A stretch of 63,980 bases of DNA, the filler included, from Chrysochromulina tobinii (taxonomy: Eukaryota), in the NCBI GenBank assembly GCA_001275005.1. It is 5 parts of 5 records of this genome, joined end to end, with 100 filler letters (N's around TTAATTAATTAA, not from the genome) between each part and the next. Parts side by side here need not be neighbours in the genome. Positions count along the whole stretch, not along the records: positions 41,769 to 53,006 come from JWZX01001196.1; positions 53,107 to 61,609 come from JWZX01001202.1; 3 more parts are not named here. One strand, 5' to 3'. The notes beneath the pieces were generated by a model that worked only from the letters and a program-made list of their open reading frames with translations, was not told the origin of the DNA and searched no databases. The position numbers and the translations under genes are program-made. How positions within the stretch are numbered: position 1 is the stretch's first letter; each line of letters opens with the position of its first letter. Positions 46,030 through 56,226 of the stretch are shown one piece after another.

Positions 46030-46151
46030 TTCTCCGGAAGTCAAGTCAAGTCTATACATAAACAACAGACAACCATACGGAAGCCTATCGAATGTGCTCC
46101 GGAAGCCAGCAGGGGAGGACGGGAGTCTTGACTTGACTTGACTTCTCCGGA
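46030..46151. mobile_element. Short insertion with inverted (AAGTC)3 ends and 6-9 bp TSD
   Basis: AAGTCAAGTCAAGTC 46038-46052 and GACTTGACTTGACTT 46130-46144; TTCTCCGGA at 46030-46038 and 46143-46151; core shared with 53389-53431. Confidence 0.8.
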
Positions 46152-46293
46152 TTCCCTATGAATACAAGTTTTCGGATTTCCTCAATGGGGAAACGCGGCT
46201 TTCTAGTAGAGGCGCGAAGCTCGTCCCTTGGTCGTCACGCGTCGCTCCGTCGTCCTCAGCTTCTCGCTGCCGTTGCTGGCGCGAAGCTTGTCC

Positions 46294-47020
46294 ATGGCAA
46301 GCGGCAGCAAGCCCACGATCACCTTCGTCACCGGCAATGCTAAAAAACTCGAGGAGGTCAAGATTTACTTGGCAAAGTCCTGTAATGGTGACGCAGACGC
46401 GCTGCCTTTCATCTTGACGAACCAAAAGATCGACCTTCCAGAGCTCCAGGGCGAGCCCGACGAGATCTCCAAGGAGAAGTGCCGGCTGGCTGCCGAGCGT
46501 GTCGGTGGCCCAGTCATCACTGAGGACACGTCGCTTTGCTTCAATGCGCTCAACGGGTGAGGCGGGCTCATCTCGAGCTGCGCCTTGCATTTTCTCATCT
46601 GTCGTGCTCTGCGTGACCCCTGCGTTCACCCCGTTGGCTGCTTGCAGGCTGCCTGGACCGTACATAAAATGGTTTCTCGAGAAGACTGGCCACGAAGGCC
46701 TGAACAATCTGCTCGCAGCCTACGAGGACAAGTCAGCTTACGCGCAAACCATCTTCGCCTTCTGCGCCGGGCCGGGCCAGGAAGCCCTCACATTTGACGG
46801 ACGTGTGCCTGGTAAGATTGTCCCGGCACGTGGCCCGCCCGATTTTGGCTGGGATCCCGTGTTCTTGCCCGACGGCTACACCGAGACGTATGCCGAGATG
46901 TCCAAGGACGTCAAGACGGGAATGTCGCATCGCACGCGCTCGTTGACGCTGCTGCAGGGCTGGTTGCTAGAGAATGCTGCCACGCTGCCGCCAAACACGA
47001 AGCAGGCACGCGGCGAGTGA
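46294..47020 (+). CDS. ITPA: Inosine triphosphate pyrophosphatase (HAM1 family); intron 46557-46647
   Basis: [50 protein letters not shown]. Confidence 0.95.
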
Positions 47021-47547
47021 CACACACACAGAGGGATCTCAGATATGGGTTTCGCCGACCATGTCGACGGCGCGCGTCGAGCTCGGACCGCACAGTGGAC
47101 ATCAGCCCGCACTCTCCGACTCAGAGGCGGGCTTGGTCCTGGAGGTGCTGTGGTGGCCTGGTTGAAGGTTTTCAACGTTGAAGGTTAACACCCGAAAAGC
47201 AGCACACATCCATCACCCATGCTGCTCCATCACCTCTTCATATCATCCTATCCTAGCGCCGTGTTTACTGCGGCCGGCTGTGGAGTGTCTGGTCGGCGGC
47301 ACAGCACTGCCCACTGCGACGGGACCCGCAAGCACAACCACAAGGCTCACAAGCACAACAACATCCCATACAAGCCGATGAGGCTTTCTCGCTTTCAGGA
47401 GTTCTTTCAGGGCTGGAGCACACAAGCGACCCACACAAAGATCACATTGAAGACTTTTCGACGAGGTACCTCCAACCACGAAAGGCCACGTGGGTCGTTT
47501 TGCGACGTGTTGCATCGCGGCGGGCGGCCCGATTCGGGACGAGCCTC

Positions 47548-48063
47548 ATGAGCCGAACGGCGGTTTGGGGCCACTCGCCCAATCAGCACACGACGCAGTG
47601 GCGCGATCGCATAGGCAGTGAGACAAGGAGCGCGTTTCTCACACTTGACGCTCGGCTGCATCAAGCCTACTCGGGAGGAACGCTGAGCAGGTCAAGCTCC
47701 TCTTTATCATCCTTCTCTTCTGAAGGGGACCTTGGCAAGTCGCGGCCCATTACGGCCTCGTCGGCCATCGCATTCTCTTCCTATGGACGCCTGCAGGACC
47801 CAATTCAACCCCGCCCGCCATTGGCTTTTGGGACGCTGAGCCGCCGCACCCTGCCCCATATCAGGCAGGACGCTCCGTTTGGGGACACTCCGCCAGAGGA
47901 CCAGATCGAAGCCCGATGGCCGGGCCAGCGGTGGGGTCTCGGCATGCCGCTTCGTCCGTCGCTGCGCACGGCCTCCGCTGCACAGGACGAGGAGGGCATC
48001 CGCTTCTTCAACGGCGTGTGGCGGCCTCGCCCTGTCACCTCACCACGTGCCACGCCGGTCTAA
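47548..48063 (+). CDS. Hypothetical low-complexity protein
   Basis: ATG ORF of about 170 codons; no motif. Confidence 0.35.
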   Translation: MSRTAVWGHSPNQHTTQWRDRIGSETRSAFLTLDARLHQAYSGGTLSRSSSSLSSFSSEGDLGKSRPITASSAIAFSSYGRLQDPIQPRPPLAFGTLSRRTLPHIRQDAPFGDTPPEDQIEARWPGQRWGLGMPLRPSLRTASAAQDEEGIRFFNGVWRPRPVTSPRATPV

Positions 48064-48418
48064 CTGACTAACTCTAGGCCTCTAAGATGGCTAACCAAAT
48101 CTCAGAGACATGCACATGTCATGCCATTTTCATGCCATGTAATTACATATATTATATGCCAGAACTTGAATAAGGCTTTCCATGTAGATGATGTGAAGTT
48201 CTGTATTTTATACTGCATGAATATTAGTACCAACAGTGTGGACACGTGCACCTGGTGAGTCGTCGCGCTGTGCACGATTCCAAACAGCGTTGCACTCAAG
48301 CGCGTCCTTCTCTTTGTTTCGGACCCGCGCCCGGACCCGCGCCCGCGCCGACGAAGATACATGTTATAGTCGTGGAGACGCGAGACCCCGCGTTGCGGCG
48401 GCCTCAGCACGTAGCCCG

Positions 48419-49408
48419 TCAGCCATCAGAGCTCGACGAGGACGTGGCGATCAGGTCTTGATATACGCGCTTGAGATTGGCAAGCGTATGGTTGGGCATC
48501 ACCTGCCGTCGCCACATGGGCGCCTTGCACAGCGGGCAGGCCATCATCGACGTTACTCGAAAGCACTGGTCAAGGCATTCCTTGCAGAACGAGTGCTGGC
48601 AGGGCAGTGCTTGAGGATCGTTGAAGAGGTCGAAGCACAGCGGACAGCGTAGCTCCTGCGCCAAGCGATCGAGATGTGCAGTATCGCACGTCACCGCAGT
48701 GGAGACGTGCGTGCCTGCCGCTCTGGAGCTCCTCGCCGCTGCTGCAACCTTCGAGGCCCCTGTGGGCGCGACCGCTGGCGCCTCTGCGTGCCCGACCGGC
48801 GCAGGGCAGCCGGCATCGAGGTGTTCGTTGAGCCTCGCCAGCCCTTCGCACGCCACGTCGCACGCTGGGCAGAACAACACGATCTGAGAGGTAGCTCCCT
48901 CAGCGGATCCGTTGCTGCTCGAGCTGCCGGAAGTGGCAGCAGGCGTGCTGCCACCGTCACGCCCGAGGCACTGCTCCACGTGCGCAAACGCATCCTCGTT
49001 ACGAAGCGAGACGGCGCAGAGCGGACAGCGCACTGTTGCGCTGGCATCAGCTATACCCGAGGATGGAGGGGGTGGTGGCGCGTCCGGTGGCTGCGCTGAG
49101 GAGCTGGCAGGTCGGCTGTGCCAGGAGAGCTCTGGCGCTGAAGAGCTGGCTGGTAGGATGTGCGAGACGTGCTCTGGCTGAGTCGTTGTGTGGTCATCGG
49201 GCCAGGAGGACGGAGGCGTGAGCAAATCACCAAGCAGGTGTGAGACCTCTGTGTTATCCATGCGAGGGTGGCAGTCGCGCTCGAGGTGAGAGTCGAGAAG
49301 AAGCGTGTGCACGTGCCGAGAGCAGCATGGGCACTGCACAAGGCGTGACGTGGTCGTGCGCGGCGTGACATTCGGTCCCTTGAAGCGCTTGGCCGGACGC
49401 TGCGGCAT
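48419..49408 (-). CDS. UBZ (Rad18-type) zinc finger x3 plus C-terminal RING protein
   Basis: CPCC...HLERDC, CPLC...HVEQC, CPAC...HLDAGC; C3HC4 RING CPLCFDLF..P..LPCQHSFCKEC...CPLCK. Confidence 0.8.
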   Translation of the reverse strand: MPQRPAKRFKGPNVTPRTTTSRLVQCPCCSRHVHTLLLDSHLERDCHPRMDNTEVSHLLGDLLTPPSSWPDDHTTTQPEHVSHILPASSSAPELSWHSRPASSSAQPPDAPPPPPSSGIADASATVRCPLCAVSLRNEDAFAHVEQCLGRDGGSTPAATSGSSSSNGSAEGATSQIVLFCPACDVACEGLARLNEHLDAGCPAPVGHAEAPAVAPTGASKVAAAARSSRAAGTHVSTAVTCDTAHLDRLAQELRCPLCFDLFNDPQALPCQHSFCKECLDQCFRVTSMMACPLCKAPMWRRQVMPNHTLANLKRVYQDLIATSSSSSDG

Positions 49409-49599
49409 GTGCCAGTACAATGCGACGAGCAAACGCGGGATCAACTCCGAGGGACATTTCACGGCAACTCAAAAAAATCCAAAAACAGCAACCCCAATCT
49501 GCGTAAATGTATCTGGACCTGGATTCTACTTCCATGGTCCATGACGGAGCGAAAGTGCGAGTTCACAGTGAGAACCCCGTTACTGTGAAGGGCAGGTTG

Positions 49600-51135
49600 A
49601 TGAAGCTCTTGTACGTCGTCACCGCATTGGCGGTCGCCGGTGCGTCGCGGCCCACCGCTGCGCGGCTTCCGCGGTGCACGCGCTCGGGCGTTTCGCAATC
49701 CACCATGTGCGCCGGTGAGAGGCCCACTTACGCGGCGCCGCTCGTCACGCGTGAGACGCTCGAGCGCGTGCGGGCTGAGCTCTGGCAGCAGCAGGTCAAG
49801 GAATCCCCGGTCGAGGAGCAGCAGAAACTCATCTCGAAGCTGCTCTCGCCGCTCGAGGCGGTGCTCGAACAGCAGCAACGCTCTTCCGACAAGGCTCCGC
49901 TCAACGAGGTGCTCGCGCCGCACCTGCCTGTCCTGCTTGGGCGCAGCTTCCCGCTCGCGGCACGTGGCGTGCTCTCGACGATCCGCACTCAGGGCGAGCG
50001 GGCGGCGCTGCTTGCGCTCTCCGAGTACGTCACGGACGCGCAGCGCGAGATCGCAGACGCGCTCGAAGAGCTGCAATGGCGCCAACAGCAGAAGCTGCGT
50101 GAGCTATGCGACGCAGCCACTGACGGCGGCACGGAGCGCGTCCTCGAGCTTGCCCAGGCGATGAAGGCCGAGCTCGACACGGACTTTTGCAACTACCTGA
50201 ACATGGCCATCGAGCAGGAGGAGACGCGGCTCAAGGCCGCCGGCATGCGCCCATTTGTGCCGCCTTCGATAGTGGGCGGCCGTGTCCCTGCGGCGCTTCT
50301 CGCCGAGGAGCGTCAGGCGCAGGCGCAAGCTGCCGCCGCGAGCCGTGCGCTCACCGGAAGCGACGAGGGTGACACGGACGGCGATGCGAGCAGCGGCCCT
50401 CAATGGCAGGAAATCGTCAACGGTGCGGTACGACCGTGGGGTGTGCTCAAGTTGCCGGCTAAGGCGACGCCTAATACGACGCCGTCGCTGGCCGCCGCCG
50501 TCGCCGCAGCAGCAGCGACGCCAACGCCGCCTCTGGCGGCCGCAAAGGAGGATGAGTGGGCGGACGACGAGGACGAGGAGCAGGGCGAGGAGGCGGAGAA
50601 GACGGCTCGAGACCCGAGAGGAGCCGGCGCCGGCTGGCGCATCGAGGAGCGTCCACCGCCGAGCTGGCTGCAAGACGGGGTGCCGCAGCAGCCGCAGCAG
50701 CCGCAGCCTCAGCAGGCGGCGGCGGCGGCGCCGTCGGCGTCATCGTCCCTGGATGACGACGGTCCGGCAGCGGTGGCGCGCGAGGTCCAGGAGCAGCAGT
50801 GGCTGCTCGTGCTTCGGCTCGTGCGCCAGGGGATCTACGCGATGCTGGCCAAGGACTACGTGGACGACGTCAAGCACCTTCGGTACATCGTCGGACTCAA
50901 TTCAGCGCAGGCTCGACTTGAGCTCACTCATTCGACCATGCTCGCGATGAGCGCGGAGCAGCAGGCCAAGTTCGCGAGGACCGTCGAGCGCATCACGGCC
51001 AACCTGTCGGTGCAGCGTGACGCGCGCGACCTTGAGCTGTACTCGAAGACGAAGGAGGTGCAGGCGCACATACAGGGGTACGGCCGCAGCTTTGGCGGCG
51101 CGAGCGGACAGAGCGAGTGGGATCCCATCTCTTGA
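49600..51135 (+). CDS. Hypothetical helical protein with signal peptide (possibly plastid-targeted)
   Basis: MKLLYVVTALAVAGA followed by an R/S/T-rich segment; strong GC3 bias. Confidence 0.65.
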   Translation: MKLLYVVTALAVAGASRPTAARLPRCTRSGVSQSTMCAGERPTYAAPLVTRETLERVRAELWQQQVKESPVEEQQKLISKLLSPLEAVLEQQQRSSDKAPLNEVLAPHLPVLLGRSFPLAARGVLSTIRTQGERAALLALSEYVTDAQREIADALEELQWRQQQKLRELCDAATDGGTERVLELAQAMKAELDTDFCNYLNMAIEQEETRLKAAGMRPFVPPSIVGGRVPAALLAEERQAQAQAAAASRALTGSDEGDTDGDASSGPQWQEIVNGAVRPWGVLKLPAKATPNTTPSLAAAVAAAAATPTPPLAAAKEDEWADDEDEEQGEEAEKTARDPRGAGAGWRIEERPPPSWLQDGVPQQPQQPQPQQAAAAAPSASSSLDDDGPAAVAREVQEQQWLLVLRLVRQGIYAMLAKDYVDDVKHLRYIVGLNSAQARLELTHSTMLAMSAEQQAKFARTVERITANLSVQRDARDLELYSKTKEVQAHIQGYGRSFGGASGQSEWDPIS

Positions 51136-51465
51136 TTGAAAGTCTGTCCAGGGGATGCCTCTGAAGCTCTGCATGAAGCTCTGAAGGCTCTTGGTGGAGC
51201 TCTGACCTCTGAAGCTCAGCCTCTTCGACGACAAATGCTCATTGCTCAATGGTCAACGCGCGCAGCACGCACAGACAGAGCCTGAGCAGAACGCGCAGAA
51301 ATTCAGCAGCCTGTCAGGGCCGCCGTAGCGAAGGTATGGTTTCTTAGAGAGTGCCCATACCCCCCCCCCCCCAATGGGCAGTTCCCCGTTGGAGACCACT
51401 CAAGGAAACTTGGAGGGCCGAAACCTCGGCCGAAACGGCGATCTATTTTTGGTCCGGGTCAATTT

Positions 51466-52677
51466 ATGGGAGCGGAGCAGTCGACCGAGGCGGCCCCGGA
51501 CTCGCTGGACGCTTCTCCCACCGGAGCGAGCGCGTCAGCAGACTCTCCGCCCAATGTTCCGGCCTCAGAGGCTATGGAAAAGAAGCCGCCTTTGGCCGAG
51601 ATCAATGGGACCTACTTGACCACCATGCAGGCCCTCTCGGCGCAGCTGAGCCGCATGGAGGCCGAAGTGGCTGACCGAAGCTTAGTGGGTGACCGAATGG
51701 ATGTGACGCGGAAGGGAGGCAGGCCATTCGAAGGAATCGCGTCGCCGCCGCAAGGTGCACGGTCCGCGCTGCCGCCTCTGCGGCGGCCTTCTGTGCTTCA
51801 AAGCCAGCCCGCCATCGGCACGACCATCAACTCATTCCGCATGTTGAGCGCGCGTGCGCTCAATATAGTCGCGCCGCTCTCGTCGCGCCTTCTCACCTCC
51901 GCGCGGCAAACGATCAGTGGTCTGTTCCCGAAGCAAGTGAGCGACGCTCTCACGGTGACGAAGCACAACGACCCGAAGCAAGTGTGCGAGGAGCTCGTTG
52001 GCCTGTCGCTTCGCGCGGCCTTCAACCAGCCAAAACAGCTCAAAGGGGAGATCGCGCTCGGCAACAACGTCAACAAGCTCGACTGGGACGACGACCGCAC
52101 GCCGCTGCATTGGGCGGCAGCGCGCGGCCATCGTGAGATCGTTTTCATTCTGCTCGAGGCGGGCGCGGACAGGAAGGCGCGCGACAAGCAAGGGCGCACG
52201 CCGGCCGAGCTCGCACTTGAGTGCGACCAGCCCGAGATCTACAAGATCATCAACTACGGCCCGCCCCTCGAAGATAAAAAGAAGGTGACGGGCTATGAGG
52301 GTGCGATCTCGCAGCTCTGCATGCGGAACGAGCCGCGCGAGCTCGAGTCCATGCTGCGCGCGTACATCGTCGAGAAAGATGAGCGGATCAGGGAGCAAAT
52401 CTCGGTCAACCGTCGTGACGTCGACGGCGACCGCTCCCCGATTCACTGGGCCGCGGCGCGCGGCGCGATCACGTGCGCCCACATGCTCATTGACGCTGGC
52501 GCCGACATCAGCGCGCTCGATGCCAACGGCGAGACCGCGGCTGATCTCGCCGAGCGGCTGAACCAGCGCGCGATGCACGAGCTGCTGATACAGGCGGCTA
52601 TAGATTCAGGCGACATTACCCCGCTGATACAAAAGGCGTCTATCTGGCAGGGGCACCCAGCCATTCAGTCTGTCTGA
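51466..52677 (+). CDS. Ankyrin-repeat protein with possible N-myristoylation site
   Basis: MGAEQS; RTPLHWAAARGH...LLEAGAD; RSPIHWAAARG...LIDAGAD. Confidence 0.85.
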   Translation: MGAEQSTEAAPDSLDASPTGASASADSPPNVPASEAMEKKPPLAEINGTYLTTMQALSAQLSRMEAEVADRSLVGDRMDVTRKGGRPFEGIASPPQGARSALPPLRRPSVLQSQPAIGTTINSFRMLSARALNIVAPLSSRLLTSARQTISGLFPKQVSDALTVTKHNDPKQVCEELVGLSLRAAFNQPKQLKGEIALGNNVNKLDWDDDRTPLHWAAARGHREIVFILLEAGADRKARDKQGRTPAELALECDQPEIYKIINYGPPLEDKKKVTGYEGAISQLCMRNEPRELESMLRAYIVEKDERIREQISVNRRDVDGDRSPIHWAAARGAITCAHMLIDAGADISALDANGETAADLAERLNQRAMHELLIQAAIDSGDITPLIQKASIWQGHPAIQSV

Positions 52678-52713
52678 ACCAAGTAAAACTTGGTGCTGTG
52701 CTTTTTTATTCAC

Positions 52714-53006
52714 ATCCAGGAAATCTCACCTCCTTAGCGGCGCCCCGCTTGCTGGCCTGTTGCCAGTAGTCATGTAAGCGCGCCCCCCCGGGGACGCGCC
52801 TGCATGAGCGCCGCTGTACTGTGTGGTCCTGTTTTAAATTCACACATTCGCCGATCAGGAAGTTCCAGGCGCTGGGGCACGGCTCGACGAAGAAGGGCGG
52901 CGCCGTCTCGACCAACGAGGGCTCGCACATCGCCTTCGGCGGCACCGCGGAGAGCGCGCGCCACCTCACCCTCGGCTGCAAGCAGCGCGGCACGGCGGAC
53001 CAGGCG
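52714..53006 (+). mobile_element. Second copy of the retroelement 3' UTR/tail followed by a coding-like fragment
   Basis: 52714-52849 closely matches 9870-10005; followed by ALGHGSTKKGGAVSTNEGSHIAFGGT running to the contig end. Confidence 0.6.
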
Positions 53007-53106
53007 NNNNNNNNNNNNNNNNNNNNNNNNNNNNNNNNNNNNNNNNNNNNTTAATTAATTAANNNNNNNNNNNNNNNNNNNNNNNNNNNNNNNNNNNNNN
53101 NNNNNN
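53007..53106. other. Artificial contig linker
   Basis: N44-TTAATTAATTAA-N44. Confidence 0.98.
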
Positions 53107-53242
53107 CTGAGACAGAAATTCCGGCTCACTGAGTGAGTTTTCCCACTCAGTGAGGCAGTTTTCCGCCTCAGTGAGTCGGATTTTCCCGCCTCAGTGAGAC
53201 GGTTTTAACGACTCACTGAGGCGGGAATCGTGCCTCACTGAG
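53107..53242. repeat. Phased array of palindromic CTCA(C/G)TGAG motifs
   Basis: Copies start at 53125, 53146, 53167, 53190, 53212 and 53234. Confidence 0.85.
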
Positions 53243-53338
53243 ACAACTTTGGGTTGGTCTGTCCCTTTGGGTTGGTACCTCCGACCTTCCTAGTCGTGAA
53301 TTCGAACTTCACGTGAACATTCGAAGCTCCAAACTGAG

Positions 53339-53472
53339 ACTGAGTTCCAAGTTCAAGTTCAAGTTCAAGTTCAAGTTCAAGTTCAAGAGAGCACATTCGA
53401 TAGGCTTCCGCTAGGTTGTCTGTTGTTTATGAAGTACAGTGTAATATGACTTGAACTTGAACTGAGTTCCAA
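53339..53472. mobile_element. Short insertion with inverted (GTTCAA)n ends and 10-12 bp TSD
   Basis: (GTTCAA)6 at 53351-53386; ACTTGAACTTGAAC at 53449-53462; ACTGAGTTCCAA at 53339-53350 and 53461-53472. Confidence 0.8.
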
Positions 53473-54345
53473 CGCCCACTGTGGTGCCCTCGGATTCACG
53501 TGGTGTGTCTTTGCGGCTCTGGATACACACAGGATACTCTATCGCACAAACGCCACAGCGCTCTAGAGTGAGAGAGAACTCCATGGAACTCTCTCTCTCT
53601 CTCTCCCTCAATCTGTGACTGAGAGTGACTGAGAGAGAGCTCTGAGCCTCTGAGTCAGAGTGACTCTCACTCTCTCATTCACTCTCACTCAGCGTTCTAC
53701 CACACAGACCACAGAGTGGTGTTCGCGTATGTCTGTCTGCTATATCGCTATATCGTACTATGTGCATGTATCTGACAATGTACAATTATTTTTATGTACT
53801 AAGTACTAACGTATTATATGAATCCCCACACCAAGTCGGATAACTCAAACGGGCGGCGTGCCGCGTTCGCATGCGGAGATGACGCCGATCCCGCGAGCTT
53901 TAGGGGCGCACCGACTGATCAGTGATCACTCGGGCAGATGCTTCATTTTATGGCTCAAAAGTCAAAAGTGCAAAAGACGTGTGTGGCCGAGCTCTACAGA
54001 GCTCGGAGTGAGAGTTGCAGAGACCGAGCCGTCACAACCATTCGATTCGAACAGCGGAGCGCCACTCTATTTTCACCGCACGCGCACGTACATGTACTGA
54101 AAAGTACACTCCGCGCAGCAAACGAAAGGAAGGACCCTCTGTGCACACCCCGTGTTCCTCCCTGCGAACAAGCACTCCCTGGTCCTGGCACACAGACACA
54201 AAACCAAGTGTCATGCTCGAGATGAACGTACAGGACACAGGGTCACTCAGAATGCTCGGTGTGCCACTCTCACATGCTTTTGTGACTGCTCGCGGCCTAA
54301 CTCGCGGACTCTCGAACGCGTCTCGCGTGCCTCCTTTTCCCTTCC

Positions 54346-55917
54346 TCATTTATGTGGCGAAGGCGACGGCGAGGGCGACGGCAACGGCGATGGTGACGGC
54401 GTCGGCGTCGAGGGCTCGGGCGTGGGCGATGGCTCGAGCGGCGGCAGCGGCGTCGTCGAGGGCTCGGGCTGTGTCACTGGTGCTCCTGTCGCGGGTCCTC
54501 CGACGTTGAACGTGTGCACCTGCGACGTCCCAGTTAGGAAGTCTCTCCCATAGTCAATGCCGTTGATCGTCAGGTAGCCGTGATGCCAGCCGTCGCCGTA
54601 TGAGTCCAACAGGTTGGCCTCGTGCACGCCGGGGCTAAGGCAAACCGTGTACGTATACTCCTGATAGTTAGACAGCGACCCCTGTGCGGCGAGTTCGTTG
54701 CCATCGATCGCGAGCCCCGCCTCTGACCCCCAAGTCGTCGTGGTGATCTTCATGAGCGTGTCGATGCACCCGACATAGAATGTGTGCGTGCTCATCGTCC
54801 CTGTGAGGAACTCTTTGCCATAGTCGACGCCGCCGATCGTCAGAAACCCGCCGTGCCAGCCGTCGCCGTATGAGTCCAAGAGATTCGCTTCGTGCGAGCC
54901 GCTGCTGAGGCACACCGTGTAGGTGTACACCTGGAAGTTGTACAGCGAGCCCTCTGCGATGATTACGGTCCCGTCGATTGTGAGCCCGATCTCGGGGCCC
55001 CAGCTCTTGGTTGTGACAGTCATGGTGGTAGAGACGCACGAGACTGTGAATTGATGCGTCGCCACCGTCCCCGTTAAAAAGTCCCTCCCGTAGTCGACGC
55101 CGTTGATGGTCAGGTAACCGCCATGCCATCCGTCGGCGTATGAGTCCAGGAGCGCGGCTGTGTGTAGGCCAATGCTGAGGCACATCGTGAACGTGTACAC
55201 TTGGTTGTTGGCCAGTGAGCCCTGAGCGACAAGTTCGATATCATCGATCTTGAGACCCATCTCAAACCCCCCTGCCGTAGTAGTCACCGTCATAGTCGTC
55301 TCGACGCACGACGACGATGCAGAGAACGTGATCATCGACACCGCTCCGCTGAGGAATTCTTTGCCGTAGTCGACGCCGCCGACGGACATGTAGCTGCCGT
55401 GCCAGCCGTCGCCGTAGGAGTCCTCGAGCTTCGCTACGTGCGTACCGGCGCTGAGGCACATGTTGAACTTGTACTCCTGGTTGTTTTTCAGCGTGCCCTG
55501 CACGACGAGCTCAGCGTCATCGATCTTGATGCCGACCTCGTTGCCCCAAATGGTGGTGGTCACCGTGATGACCGTATCGATGCACGGAGCGCCACCACTT
55601 CCATCTCCCTGCTGTTCCGCCGCCACCTCCTTGGCCTTCGTCAGGAACTGGTTTTCAGCCTCCACTTGCACAAGCTGTGTCACGCGCTTGGCATACGGCA
55701 GATGCCTAGATTCCTGCAGCCCGTTTTGCTTGTCAAGAAATCTCTCATACCTCTCATGCCGGCGTCTCCACTGCTGCCTCTGCTTCCACCAGTGCTTCTG
55801 CGCGAGGCCACGGACCGAAGTGCCGCCGAGGGTGTCCGCTGCGAGATCGTAGCCGCAGAGCAGGGCAAGCGACGCAGCGGCGATGAGCGCGAGGGCACTC
55901 CTGCTCCCGAGTGCCAT
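54346..55917 (-). CDS. Secreted or anchored protein with four ~90-aa DSYGDGW repeats
   Basis: Hydrophobic leader MALGSRSALALIAAASLALL; 4x C..T.TVTT..E.G..ID...CLS.G.H.A.L.DSY(G/A)DGWH; PS-rich tail. Confidence 0.85.
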   Translation of the reverse strand: MALGSRSALALIAAASLALLCGYDLAADTLGGTSVRGLAQKHWWKQRQQWRRRHERYERFLDKQNGLQESRHLPYAKRVTQLVQVEAENQFLTKAKEVAAEQQGDGSGGAPCIDTVITVTTTIWGNEVGIKIDDAELVVQGTLKNNQEYKFNMCLSAGTHVAKLEDSYGDGWHGSYMSVGGVDYGKEFLSGAVSMITFSASSSCVETTMTVTTTAGGFEMGLKIDDIELVAQGSLANNQVYTFTMCLSIGLHTAALLDSYADGWHGGYLTINGVDYGRDFLTGTVATHQFTVSCVSTTMTVTTKSWGPEIGLTIDGTVIIAEGSLYNFQVYTYTVCLSSGSHEANLLDSYGDGWHGGFLTIGGVDYGKEFLTGTMSTHTFYVGCIDTLMKITTTTWGSEAGLAIDGNELAAQGSLSNYQEYTYTVCLSPGVHEANLLDSYGDGWHHGYLTINGIDYGRDFLTGTSQVHTFNVGGPATGAPVTQPEPSTTPLPPLEPSPTPEPSTPTPSPSPLPSPSPSPSPHK

Positions 55918-56226
55918 TGCTGTGTGGCGCACACCACAGGCGATCCAAAGAAGGGTCGGAGGCGAGCATCCCGAAATGGAATACATGAAATGCATGCTGA
56001 TCAAGAGAACTTCCTAACTTCCCCCCAACAGATTACACGCAAATCGACTCAGGCATGATTGTAAGGCTTCACCTCGACCGCTCACCATGTGCACCATGCG
56101 CCCGCATGATATTGTAACAGAGAGCCTGCTCAGACACCAGGGGTGCTCGCACGTCGTGCGGCCCTGGCTGCGGCGAGTTACACACCACGCACTCACATTC
56201 GATACATGTACCTACAAAGCTTCTCT

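Noticed and set aside
51157..51225. CTCTGA-rich tract in a 3' flank (similar low-complexity tracts at 6000-6070 and 53560-53690)
   Set aside because: Resembles the intron repeat only loosely; no splice or TSD structure can be defined
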